The notes under the pieces were generated by a model. That model was not told the DNA's origin. It saw nothing but the letters and a program-made list of their open reading frames with translations, and ran no database searches. From positions 1 through 38,660 of the forward strand of contig QNCL01000003.1 in assembly GCA_003645805.1 (NCBI GenBank): a stretch of DNA of 38,660 nt, read 5' to 3'. Both the position numbers and the translations under genes were made by a program. This document shows, piece by piece, positions 8,512 to 16,362 of the stretch (position 1 is the stretch's first letter; each line of letters starts with the position of its first letter). The stretch is from Candidatus Omnitrophota bacterium (GTDB lineage: Bacteria > Omnitrophota > 4484-213).

Positions 8512-9588
8512 ATGAGAGAAGGGAGAGTTTTCCTTTTTTTATTTTTAGTTCTATGGCTTGCTACCGCGGGAGGAGGTTATGTTGTCTTCAAGCAAAAGAG
8601 AGAAATAGAGGAAAGATATCAGGAGGCTCAAGAGGAATTTAGAAGAAAACAGCAGGAGTTCAGAAAAGAGAGAAAAGGGTTAAAAGCAGAGTTGACAAGA
8701 TTAGAGAAGGAGATAGAAGAACTTGGGAGGGAAAAGGAAGGGTTAGTAAAGGAGATAGGAGAGTATAAAGAGAAGATAGCAAGACTATCGGAGGAGATTG
8801 AGAAGAAAGAGAAGAGATATAAGACACTGCGGGATAAGTATCAATCTGCTCTTAAGAAGCAGAGAACTCTCAGTCAGCAAATAAAGAGGCTTGCAGGAGA
8901 GAGGATAATCTTAAAAAAAGAGATAGATAAATTGCGTTCAGATTCATTTTTGAGTGAGGTTTTGGAAGAGAAGAATAAACTGCTTCTTGAGAAAGAGGAC
9001 TGGGATAAGGAGAGAAGGAATTTAATCCAAGGAATTTTGGATCAGAAGAAGGAAAACTTTTCTCTTAAGCAACAAATAGAGAAACTTAGACAGACTTTAG
9101 ATAAAGCAAATAAGGAGAGGGAGAGGTTTGTTAAGGAGATAGGGAAGGTAATAGAGGTATTCAGAGAGGGGCTCAGGCAGATAAGTAGAGCAAGATCAGC
9201 AAGAGAATTAAGAGAGGAGATAAAAAAGGTAGAGGAAAGATTAGCAGGAGATATACGCGGGATTGAATTGCCCCTTTTGGTCGTTTCTCCCTCCAGCAGA
9301 AGCACGCATAGAGAAAAGAAGAGGTTTGTGCGATTGGAAAGAGAGCAGGTTTCAGGAGGAGAGAGGAAAGAAGGGGAGGTTTTGCAGGTTAATAGAAGAT
9401 ATAATTTTCTGATAATAGATATGGGAGAGGAAGAGGGGGTAGAAGAAGGAGAGGTCTTAGAGGTTTATCAGGACAGAGAGAGGATTGGAGAAGTAAAGGT
9501 GATAGAGGTGCGCGAGCAGGTATCTGCCGCAGATATTATTAGTTTCAGAAGGAGAATAAAAAAAGGAGATAAGGTGGTAAGGGAATAA
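8512..9588 (+). CDS. Membrane-anchored long coiled-coil protein with C-terminal beta domain (FlgT-C-like pattern)
   Basis: Hydrophobic N-terminal segment, about 210 aa of E/K/R heptad sequence, C-terminal GEVLQVN..FLIIDMGEEEGV..G..LEVY..IGEVKV. Confidence 0.75.
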   Translation: MREGRVFLFLFLVLWLATAGGGYVVFKQKREIEERYQEAQEEFRRKQQEFRKERKGLKAELTRLEKEIEELGREKEGLVKEIGEYKEKIARLSEEIEKKEKRYKTLRDKYQSALKKQRTLSQQIKRLAGERIILKKEIDKLRSDSFLSEVLEEKNKLLLEKEDWDKERRNLIQGILDQKKENFSLKQQIEKLRQTLDKANKERERFVKEIGKVIEVFREGLRQISRARSARELREEIKKVEERLAGDIRGIELPLLVVSPSSRSTHREKKRFVRLEREQVSGGERKEGEVLQVNRRYNFLIIDMGEEEGVEEGEVLEVYQDRERIGEVKVIEVREQVSAADIISFRRRIKKGDKVVRE

Positions 9589-9605
9589 AGAGAGGCTTTA
9601 AGGAT

Positions 9606-9681
9606 GCCGAGGTAGCTCAGGTGGTAGAGCGAGGGACTGAAAATCCCTGCGTCGGCGGTTCAACTCCGCCCCTCGGCACCA
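9606..9681 (+). tRNA. tRNA-Phe(GAA)
   Basis: Acceptor GCCGAGG/CCTCGGC, anticodon arm AGGGA-CTGAAAA-TCCCT, TTCAACT T-loop, encoded CCA. Confidence 0.97.
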
Positions 9682-9707
9682 ATAAAGAAAAGAATAGCAA
9701 ACAAAAG

Positions 9708-10637
9708 GTGTTTATTGCTGTTGATATAGGAGGAACAAAGACAGAGGTTGCGATAGGAGAAGAAAGGGTAGAGAAGTTCAAGGTCATTCCTACCCCTGCA
9801 GAGTTTGAAAATTTCCTTTCCTCACTCTTTTTGCTAATAGAGAGGGTAGGGAAAGGGAAGAAGATAAAAGCGATAGGAATTTCTGCCCCTGGTCCGTTAG
9901 ACCCCGTAAAAGGGTTGATCTTTCCTTCTCCTAATCTAAAATGGAAAGAAGCAAAGATAAAGGAGGTGCTGGAGAAGAGGTTTACTTTGCCTGTTTTCTT
10001 AGAGAACGATGCTAATCTGGCAGGATTGGGAGAGTGTTTTCAGGGAGCAGGAAAAGGCGCAGATTCAGTCTTCTATATTACAGTAAGCACAGGAATTGGA
10101 GGGGCGTTTATTCTCCAAGGGAAGATTTACCAGGGAGCAAGTTTTGACGCAGGAGAGATTGGGCATACTGTTGTTCTGGATAATGGCCCAAGATGTAATT
10201 GCGGAAGAAAGGGGTGTTTAGAAGCACTCTCCAGTGGCACCGCCATCGCCAAAAGGGCAAAAAGGGGATTAAAAAGATATCCCCATTCTTTGATTTGGCA
10301 ATTAGTGGAAAATAGAAAAGAATTGGTAGACGCTCAGGTAGTAGTGAAGGCAGTGCGTGCAGGAGATGAGTTTGCCTGTAAGATATGGGAGGAGAGTTGT
10401 CGTTTTCTGGCTCTTGGGGTTGCCAATATGATTAGCCTGCTCAATCCTCAAAAGGTAATTATTGGAGGAGGAATAAGTAAAGCAGGAGAGATTCTTTTCC
10501 GACCTTTACGCAAGATGGTCAAAGAAATAGGCTGGAAGAGAGCGGTAAGGTATTGCAGGATAGAGAAGGCTAAATTGCGAAATCCTGCGATTGTGGGAGC
10601 ACTGGTGTATGCGAAAAGCAAACTTAGTTCTTCTTAG
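9708..10637 (+). CDS. ROK family sugar kinase (glucokinase-like)
   Basis: VDIGGTK, ENDAN, STGIGG, GEIGH and CNCGRKGCLE motifs; start placed at GTG 9708 because the track start 9621 lies within tRNA-Phe. Confidence 0.9.
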   Translation: MFIAVDIGGTKTEVAIGEERVEKFKVIPTPAEFENFLSSLFLLIERVGKGKKIKAIGISAPGPLDPVKGLIFPSPNLKWKEAKIKEVLEKRFTLPVFLENDANLAGLGECFQGAGKGADSVFYITVSTGIGGAFILQGKIYQGASFDAGEIGHTVVLDNGPRCNCGRKGCLEALSSGTAIAKRAKRGLKRYPHSLIWQLVENRKELVDAQVVVKAVRAGDEFACKIWEESCRFLALGVANMISLLNPQKVIIGGGISKAGEILFRPLRKMVKEIGWKRAVRYCRIEKAKLRNPAIVGALVYAKSKLSSS

Positions 10638-10643
10638 AAAACA

Positions 10644-11906
10644 ATGAAGGTCTTGGTAATCGGCTCAGGAGGGAGAGAGCATTGTCTGGTCTGGAAACTC
10701 AGTCAGAGTAGAGAGGTAGATAGAATCTTCTGCGCTCCAGGTAATGCAGGAATAAGTGAAATCGCTGAGTGTATAGATATCCTTCCTTCAGAGGCAGAAA
10801 GATTAGTTAACTTTGCTCAACAGGAGGAGATTGGGCTTACAGTTGTTGGTCCTGAGGCGCCTCTGGTGGAGGGAATAGTAGATGAGTTTACGAGAAGGGG
10901 GCTTAAGATTTTTGGACCTTCTAAGCAGTGTGCACGCCTTGAGGGAAGCAAGGTGTTTGCTAAGACACTAATGCGCAAGTATGGTATTCCTACCCCTGAG
11001 TTTATAGTCTTTGAGGAATATGAATCCGCACTTCTTTACCTAAGAAAAAGAGATTTTCCTTGTGTAATCAAAGCCGATGGCTTAGCCGCAGGGAAGGGTT
11101 CTATTGTTGTGCACAGCCTTGCCGAAGGAGAAAAGGTAATAACGCAGATGATGCAAGAGAAGATATTTGGCAAGGCAGGAGAGAGAGTGGTTATTGAGGA
11201 GTATATAGAGGGGGAGGAGGCTTCTATTATTGCCCTTACTGATGGAAAGACAATTCTCATTCTCCCTCCTGTGCAAGACCATAAGCAGGTCTTTGAAGGA
11301 AACAAAGGAGCAAATACCGGAGGGATGGGGGCTTATTCTCCGCTGGCGAGTATAGACGAAAATAAACTTAGGTTTATAAAGAAAAGAATATTGGAGAGAA
11401 TACTGGAGGGGTTGAAGAAGGAAGGATTGAGGTATAAAGGAGCACTTTATGCAGGGATAATAATGGATGGAGAAGACATAAAGGTACTGGAGTTTAATGT
11501 GCGTTTTGGAGATCCAGAGACACAGGTGCTTCTTCCGCGTCTTAAAAACGACCTTTTTCAGATCCTCTTAGCGGTTGTAGAGGAGAGGCTGGAGGAGATA
11601 AAGATAGAGATAGATCCGCGGCCAGCAGTTTGTGTAGTGCTTGCCTCCAAAGGCTATCCAGGCAAATATGAGAGAAACAAAGAGATTTTTGGCTTAGATA
11701 AGATAGAGGATGTCTTGGTGTTTCATGCAGGAACAAAACTACTTTCTTCTCCCAGAAGGATTGTCAGCGATGGAGGAAGGGTATTAGGGATTACAGGTTT
11801 AGGTAATAGTTTAGAGGAAGCGAGAGATAAAGTATACAGGCAGATAGAGAAGGTTTACTTTGAAGGGATGCACTACAGGAAGGATATCGGAAGAAGGAAG
11901 CAATAA
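10644..11906 (+). CDS. purD: Phosphoribosylamine-glycine ligase
   Basis: GSGGREH, APGNAG, KADGLAAGKG, NTGGMGAYSP and EFNVRFGDPETQ motifs. Confidence 0.97.
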   Translation: MKVLVIGSGGREHCLVWKLSQSREVDRIFCAPGNAGISEIAECIDILPSEAERLVNFAQQEEIGLTVVGPEAPLVEGIVDEFTRRGLKIFGPSKQCARLEGSKVFAKTLMRKYGIPTPEFIVFEEYESALLYLRKRDFPCVIKADGLAAGKGSIVVHSLAEGEKVITQMMQEKIFGKAGERVVIEEYIEGEEASIIALTDGKTILILPPVQDHKQVFEGNKGANTGGMGAYSPLASIDENKLRFIKKRILERILEGLKKEGLRYKGALYAGIIMDGEDIKVLEFNVRFGDPETQVLLPRLKNDLFQILLAVVEERLEEIKIEIDPRPAVCVVLASKGYPGKYERNKEIFGLDKIEDVLVFHAGTKLLSSPRRIVSDGGRVLGITGLGNSLEEARDKVYRQIEKVYFEGMHYRKDIGRRKQ

Positions 11907-11963
11907 AGGGAAGGTTTTCTTTATTAAAGCGATACAAGTAAGTCGGGAGGGTAAAGGAAAGAG

Positions 11964-13019
11964 TTGAAGAACACAGAGATAGTAGAGATTTGTCCAGATA
12001 ATCCTCAGATAGAGAGAATAGAGAGAGCAAGCGAGGTGCTCAAAAAAGGGGGGCTGGTGATTTTCCCTACAGAAACAGTCTATGGCTTGGGTGCAGATTC
12101 TACCAATCCTCAGGCAGTGGAGAGGATATATGAGGTTAAACGCCGCCCCTTGAATAAACCACTTGCCCTGCATATTGCAGATAGGAACGAAGTAGAGAGG
12201 TTAGTTGATGCTCCCCCTGCGCTTTTCTATACCCTTTCCCAAGCCTTTTGGCCCGGACCCCTTACTTTGATATTGAAAGCAAAAGAGGGAAAGGTAGGTT
12301 TTCGTTTCCCCGATAATAAGATTGCTCAGGCTTTAATCAAGAGAGCAGGTGTGTTATCCGCTACCAGTGCAAATCTCTCTGGTAGTCCTCCCCCTTTTAG
12401 TTTAGCAGATGCCATAAAGGAATTGAATGGTAAAGTAGAATTGGCTATTGACGGAGGTAAAAGTAGAATTGGTGCCCCTTCTACAGTGTTGGATTTGAGT
12501 TCTTTCCCTGTGAAGGTTATTCGGGAAGGGGTTATCAGTGCGGAGAGAATCAGGAGGCTGGTAAGGAGAAAGAGAGTGCTTTTTGTCTGCACAGGAAATA
12601 CCTGCCGTAGTGTTATGGCTGAGGGATTGCTTAAGAAAGCATTGAAGGAAAGGAAGATGGAAGAGATAGAAGTTAATTCTGCAGGGGTGTTTGCCTTTCC
12701 AGAGACAAGCCCTACTAAAGAAACAATTCAGGTTTTAAGAAAGGAAGGGATAGATGTTTCTGATTATCGGGCAAAGAGGCTGAGTTCGGAGATGATTAAA
12801 TCTGCAGACCTTATCTTTGTGATGCAGGACTATCATCGTGATATCCTCTTGCGTTATGTCCCCTGGGCAAAGGAGAGGATTTTTGTGCTGGATATTCCTG
12901 ATCCTATAGGGAAGCCATTTAATGTCTATCAGGAGTATTTTGAGAAGATAAAGAAACATCTTCCCAGGATATTAGCAAGCATAAAGGAGTTGGAAAGCAG
13001 CAATCGAGAGATGGATTAA
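11964..13019 (+). CDS. Fusion of threonylcarbamoyl-AMP synthase (TsaC/YrdC domain) and LMW phosphatase (YwlE-like protein-arginine phosphatase)
   Basis: FPTETVYGL, KxR, FWPGPLT and SANLSG, then VLFVCTGNTCRS and DIPDP. Confidence 0.92.
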   Translation: MKNTEIVEICPDNPQIERIERASEVLKKGGLVIFPTETVYGLGADSTNPQAVERIYEVKRRPLNKPLALHIADRNEVERLVDAPPALFYTLSQAFWPGPLTLILKAKEGKVGFRFPDNKIAQALIKRAGVLSATSANLSGSPPPFSLADAIKELNGKVELAIDGGKSRIGAPSTVLDLSSFPVKVIREGVISAERIRRLVRRKRVLFVCTGNTCRSVMAEGLLKKALKERKMEEIEVNSAGVFAFPETSPTKETIQVLRKEGIDVSDYRAKRLSSEMIKSADLIFVMQDYHRDILLRYVPWAKERIFVLDIPDPIGKPFNVYQEYFEKIKKHLPRILASIKELESSNREMD

Positions 13020-13022
13020 AAG

Positions 13023-13475
13023 ATGAGAATTGCTATCGGTTCGGATCATCGAGGTTATCTCTTGAAGAAGTATCTAAAGCAGAGGTTGAGAGAGGAAGGT
13101 TATGTAGTTTATGATTTTGGCACCAATTCTCAGGATCCTTGCGATTATCCTCAGATTGCTTTTCCTTTAAGTTTGGCAGTAAGGAAGGGAGATTTTGAGA
13201 GAGGAATCCTGATCTGTGCTACCGGGATAGGGATGTCTATCGCCGCAAATAAAGTAAAAGGCATTCGTGCGGCTCTCTGTCTTTCTCCAGAAACTGCAAG
13301 GTTGAGCAGGGAACATAATGATGCAAATATTCTGATTTTGGGAGGGATGTTGCTGAAGAAAGAAAACGCGGAGCATATCTGCAAGGTTTGGTTGGACTCC
13401 GATTTTCTAAATGAACGACATAGCCGTAGATTACGGCAGATAGAGGAGTTTGAGGAGAGATGCCAGAGTGGTTGA
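13023..13475 (+). CDS. rpiB: Ribose-5-phosphate isomerase B
   Basis: GSDHRG, DYP, ICATGIGMSIAANK and REHNDAN motifs; last 22 nt overlap tRNA-Ser. Confidence 0.95.
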   Translation: MRIAIGSDHRGYLLKKYLKQRLREEGYVVYDFGTNSQDPCDYPQIAFPLSLAVRKGDFERGILICATGIGMSIAANKVKGIRAALCLSPETARLSREHNDANILILGGMLLKKENAEHICKVWLDSDFLNERHSRRLRQIEEFEERCQSG

Positions 13476-13545
13476 TTGGGCCGGTCTCGAAAACCGGTAT
13501 CCGCAAATAAGCGGATCCTGGGTTCAAATCCCAGTCTCTCCGCCA
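13454..13545 (+). tRNA. tRNA-Ser(CGA)
   Basis: Acceptor GGAGAGA/TCTCTCC, G73, CCA; anticodon arm CCGGT-CTCGAAA-ACCGG; long variable arm. Confidence 0.96.
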
Positions 13546-13615
13546 GACGGAGAGATGTTTCTAAAGTGTTATATTGCTACTTAGAAGAAAATTTTTTGTA
13601 AGAAGTACTGAATGT

Positions 13616-13707
13616 GGAGAGGTGGCTGAGTGGTTGAAAGCAGCCGCCTGCTAAGCGGTTGATCGGGTAAAACCGATCCTCGGGTTCGAATCCCGACCTC
13701 TCCGCCA
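13616..13707 (+). tRNA. tRNA-Ser(GCT)
   Basis: Acceptor GGAGAGG/CCTCTCC, anticodon arm GCCGC-CTGCTAA-GCGGT, long variable arm, CCA. Confidence 0.96.
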
Positions 13708-13727
13708 TAAATTAAAGGAGGTGGAAG

Positions 13728-13904
13728 ATGGCAAAAGCAAAGGTAGACCAGGAGAAGTGTGTGGGTTGCTCTGCCTGTGTAAGCGCTTGTCCCGTAGGGG
13801 CGATTACGGTCTCAGAAGGAAAAGCAAAGGTAGACCAGGAGAAGTGTGTGGGTTGCTCTGCCTGTGTAAGCGCTTGTCCTATGGAGGCGATAAAGGTAGA
13901 GTAA
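13728..13904 (+). CDS. 2[4Fe-4S] ferredoxin, 58 aa (not in ORF track)
   Basis: AAGGAGGTG SD; MAKAKVDQEKCVGCSACVSACPVGAITVSEGKAKVDQEKCVGCSACVSACPMEAIKVE has two CxxCxxCxxxCP motifs. Confidence 0.95.
   Translation: MAKAKVDQEKCVGCSACVSACPVGAITVSEGKAKVDQEKCVGCSACVSACPMEAIKVE
13733..13879 (+). repeat. Perfect 60-nt direct repeat (13733-13792 = 13820-13879), period 87 nt
   Basis: Direct base-by-base comparison. Confidence 0.95.
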
Positions 13905-13967
13905 ATTTACAGAGAAGTGGTTAGCCCAATCTAATAGTTTGGGAGAGTGGACTGACTGCCAAATTGA

Positions 13968-14882
13968 ATGTTGAACAAAGAAGAGATAAAGGAGAGAATA
14001 ATTAGGCTCAAAAAGAAGCACTCTGCGATTATCATTGCTCACAACTACCAGCATTCTGATATTCAAGAAGTAGCAGATTTTGTGGGTGATTCTTTGGAAA
14101 TAAGCCAGAAGGCGGCTCAGACAGATGCAGAGGTGATTGTAGTTTGTGGAGTGAGGTTTATGGCGGAGAGTGCATCCATTCTTTCTCCTCATAAAAAGGT
14201 GCTCATTCCCGATAAAGATGCAGACTGCCCTTTGGCAGATATGATTACTCCCGAGGAACTTAAGAGAATGAAAGAGAGGTATCCACAAGCAGTGGTAGTT
14301 TGTTATGTGAATACCTCAGCGGATGTCAAGGCGGAATCAGATATCTGTTGCACCTCGGCAAATGCAGATAAGGTGGTAGAGAGTTTAAGGGATAAATCCG
14401 AGATTATCTTTGTTCCGGATAAGCATTTAGCCCATTATGTATCCTTAAAGACAAAAAGGAAACTCATTGACTGGAATGGTTATTGCCCAGTGCACATCGC
14501 TATTACCCCTGAAGATGTTCTAAAACGTAAGAAGGAACATCCTCAAGCCAAGGTTATTGTTCATCCTGAATGTGTGGGTAAGGTGATAGAGTTAGCCGAT
14601 GGGGTGTTCTCCACCTCAGGGTTAGCGAAATATGCCCGGGAGTCAGATGCTCAGGAGATAATAGTAGGAACAGAGAATGGTTTTTTGTATAGATTGGAAA
14701 AGGAGAATCCAGAGAAGAGGTTTTATCCTGCTTCCGAACTGGCGATTTGCCCGGGGATGAAAAAGATAACCCTGAGCAAGGTTCTGTGGTCTTTAGAGAA
14801 TATGCAGTATGAGGTAAAAATTCCTCAGGAGATTGTGCAGAGAGCAAAGCAAGCGGTGGATAGAATGTTAGAGATAAGATGA
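13968..14882 (+). CDS. nadA: Quinolinate synthase
   Basis: AHNYQ, GDSL, CGVRFMAE, YVNTSA, CTSAN, CPVH, HPEC and CPGMK motifs. Confidence 0.97.
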   Translation: MLNKEEIKERIIRLKKKHSAIIIAHNYQHSDIQEVADFVGDSLEISQKAAQTDAEVIVVCGVRFMAESASILSPHKKVLIPDKDADCPLADMITPEELKRMKERYPQAVVVCYVNTSADVKAESDICCTSANADKVVESLRDKSEIIFVPDKHLAHYVSLKTKRKLIDWNGYCPVHIAITPEDVLKRKKEHPQAKVIVHPECVGKVIELADGVFSTSGLAKYARESDAQEIIVGTENGFLYRLEKENPEKRFYPASELAICPGMKKITLSKVLWSLENMQYEVKIPQEIVQRAKQAVDRMLEIR

Positions 14883-15445
14883 AGAGAATAATGGGAGAAA
14901 AGGAGATAGCAAGAGCAATAGAGCAGATAAGCGAAGAGGTTTTAAGAGGGAATTCAGGAAGGGATTTAGCGGTTATCGGTATCTATACACGAGGAGCATA
15001 TTTAGCCCAGCGTATTGCCCAGTATCTGGAGAGAAAAGAGGGAAGAAAACCAGAGATAGGTTTTCTGGATATTACCCTTTATCGAGACGACCTGAGTGAC
15101 CTCTCTCCTCAGCCTATTCTGAGAAAGACAGAGATAGATTTTGAGGTGAGAGGAAAGAGGATTGTGCTTGTGGATGATGTTCTGTTTACCGGAAGAACAG
15201 TGCGCTCAGCGTTAGATGCTATATCGGACTTTGGGCGAGCAGAGAAGATAGAGTTGGCAGTGTTGGTAGATAGAGGGCTTAGAGAACTCCCTATCTCCCC
15301 CACCTATGTAGGCACATATATTTCTACTTCTTTACAGGAAAGGATAGAGGTAAGGTTAAAAGAAGTGGATGGAGTGGAGGAGGTAGTGCTGATCAAGAAA
15401 GGAGAAGAGTGGAAAGCAGAGGTTGGCAAAGAAAAGACCTGTTAG
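14879..15445 (+). CDS. pyrR: Bifunctional pyr attenuation protein / uracil PRTase
   Basis: LDITLYRDD, VDDVLFTGRT and DRGxRELPI motifs. Confidence 0.95.
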   Translation: MKRIMGEKEIARAIEQISEEVLRGNSGRDLAVIGIYTRGAYLAQRIAQYLERKEGRKPEIGFLDITLYRDDLSDLSPQPILRKTEIDFEVRGKRIVLVDDVLFTGRTVRSALDAISDFGRAEKIELAVLVDRGLRELPISPTYVGTYISTSLQERIEVRLKEVDGVEEVVLIKKGEEWKAEVGKEKTC

Positions 15446-16332
15446 GTCTGGAGGAGTTAAGCAAAAAAGAGATAGAGATAATCTTAGAGAATGCCCGCTC
15501 GTTTAAGGAGATTTCTGAGCGAGAGATAAAAAAGGTTCCTACCTTGCGCGGGAAGACCGTTGGTTTACTTTTCTTTGAACCAAGCACAAGAACAAAACTC
15601 TCCTTTGAACTCTCAGCAAAGAGGTTGAGTGCAGATACTCTCAGTTTTTCTTCTGCAAGTAGCAGTATTGTGAAAGGAGAGAGTTTGCTGGACACGATAA
15701 AGAATATAGAAGCAATGAGGGTGGATCTGGTGGTTATTCGTTCCTCCTCTTCAGGAGCAGTCTTTCAGATTGCTCAGCAGGTATCTATGGGGGTGATAAA
15801 CGCAGGAGACGGTTGCCATGAGCATCCTACTCAAGGTCTACTCGATTTGTTCACCATCTATCAAAAAAAAGGGAGGATAGAGGGACTTAAGGTATGCATT
15901 GTCGGGGATATTGCCCATAGCCGAGTAGCGCGATCAGACATCTATGGGCTTAAGAAGTTGAATGCAGAGGTAGTTGTCTGTGGTCCTGCTACCTTAATTC
16001 CCTCCCAAATAGAAAAGTTAGGGGTGAGGGTATCCTATTCCCTTGAAGAAGCGCTTAAGGATGCAGATGTGCTGAATATCTTAAGAATTCAGAAGGAAAG
16101 GGGAGTTGATTGTCAGATTCCTTCCTGGCGAGAATACCGTCAGCAGTTTGGGATTACCAGAGAGAGGTTGAAGAGGGCGAGGAAGGATATTCTGATTATG
16201 CATCCTGGTCCAATAAATCGGGGAGTAGAGATAGACTCTGAGATTGCTGATCTCTCTTCTTCCATCCTTGAACAAGTAAACAATGGTCTGGCAGTGCGGA
16301 TGGCTATAATCTATCTTTTGGCAAACCGGTAA
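15409..16332 (+). CDS. pyrB: Aspartate carbamoyltransferase catalytic subunit
   Basis: FFEPSTRT, KGESL, HEHPTQ, GDIAHSRVARS and MHPGP motifs. Confidence 0.97.
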   Translation: MESRGWQRKDLLGLEELSKKEIEIILENARSFKEISEREIKKVPTLRGKTVGLLFFEPSTRTKLSFELSAKRLSADTLSFSSASSSIVKGESLLDTIKNIEAMRVDLVVIRSSSSGAVFQIAQQVSMGVINAGDGCHEHPTQGLLDLFTIYQKKGRIEGLKVCIVGDIAHSRVARSDIYGLKKLNAEVVVCGPATLIPSQIEKLGVRVSYSLEEALKDADVLNILRIQKERGVDCQIPSWREYRQQFGITRERLKRARKDILIMHPGPINRGVEIDSEIADLSSSILEQVNNGLAVRMAIIYLLANR

Positions 16333-16362
16333 AGGTTTTTGCTCGGGAGGAAGCAGTCTGGT

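Noticed and set aside
13454-13707. Long-variable-arm tRNAs as tRNA-Sec or recoding signals
   Set aside because: Anticodons are CGA and GCT with normal 7-bp acceptor stems; no in-frame TGA seen at catalytic Cys positions
13733-13879. Direct repeat as a mini-CRISPR array
   Set aside because: Only two 60-nt copies, in frame within a ferredoxin, and no cas genes
13721-13924. 67-aa track ORF with an internal repeat
   Set aside because: Wrong frame; the ferredoxin frame from 13728 has the SD and the Cys motifs
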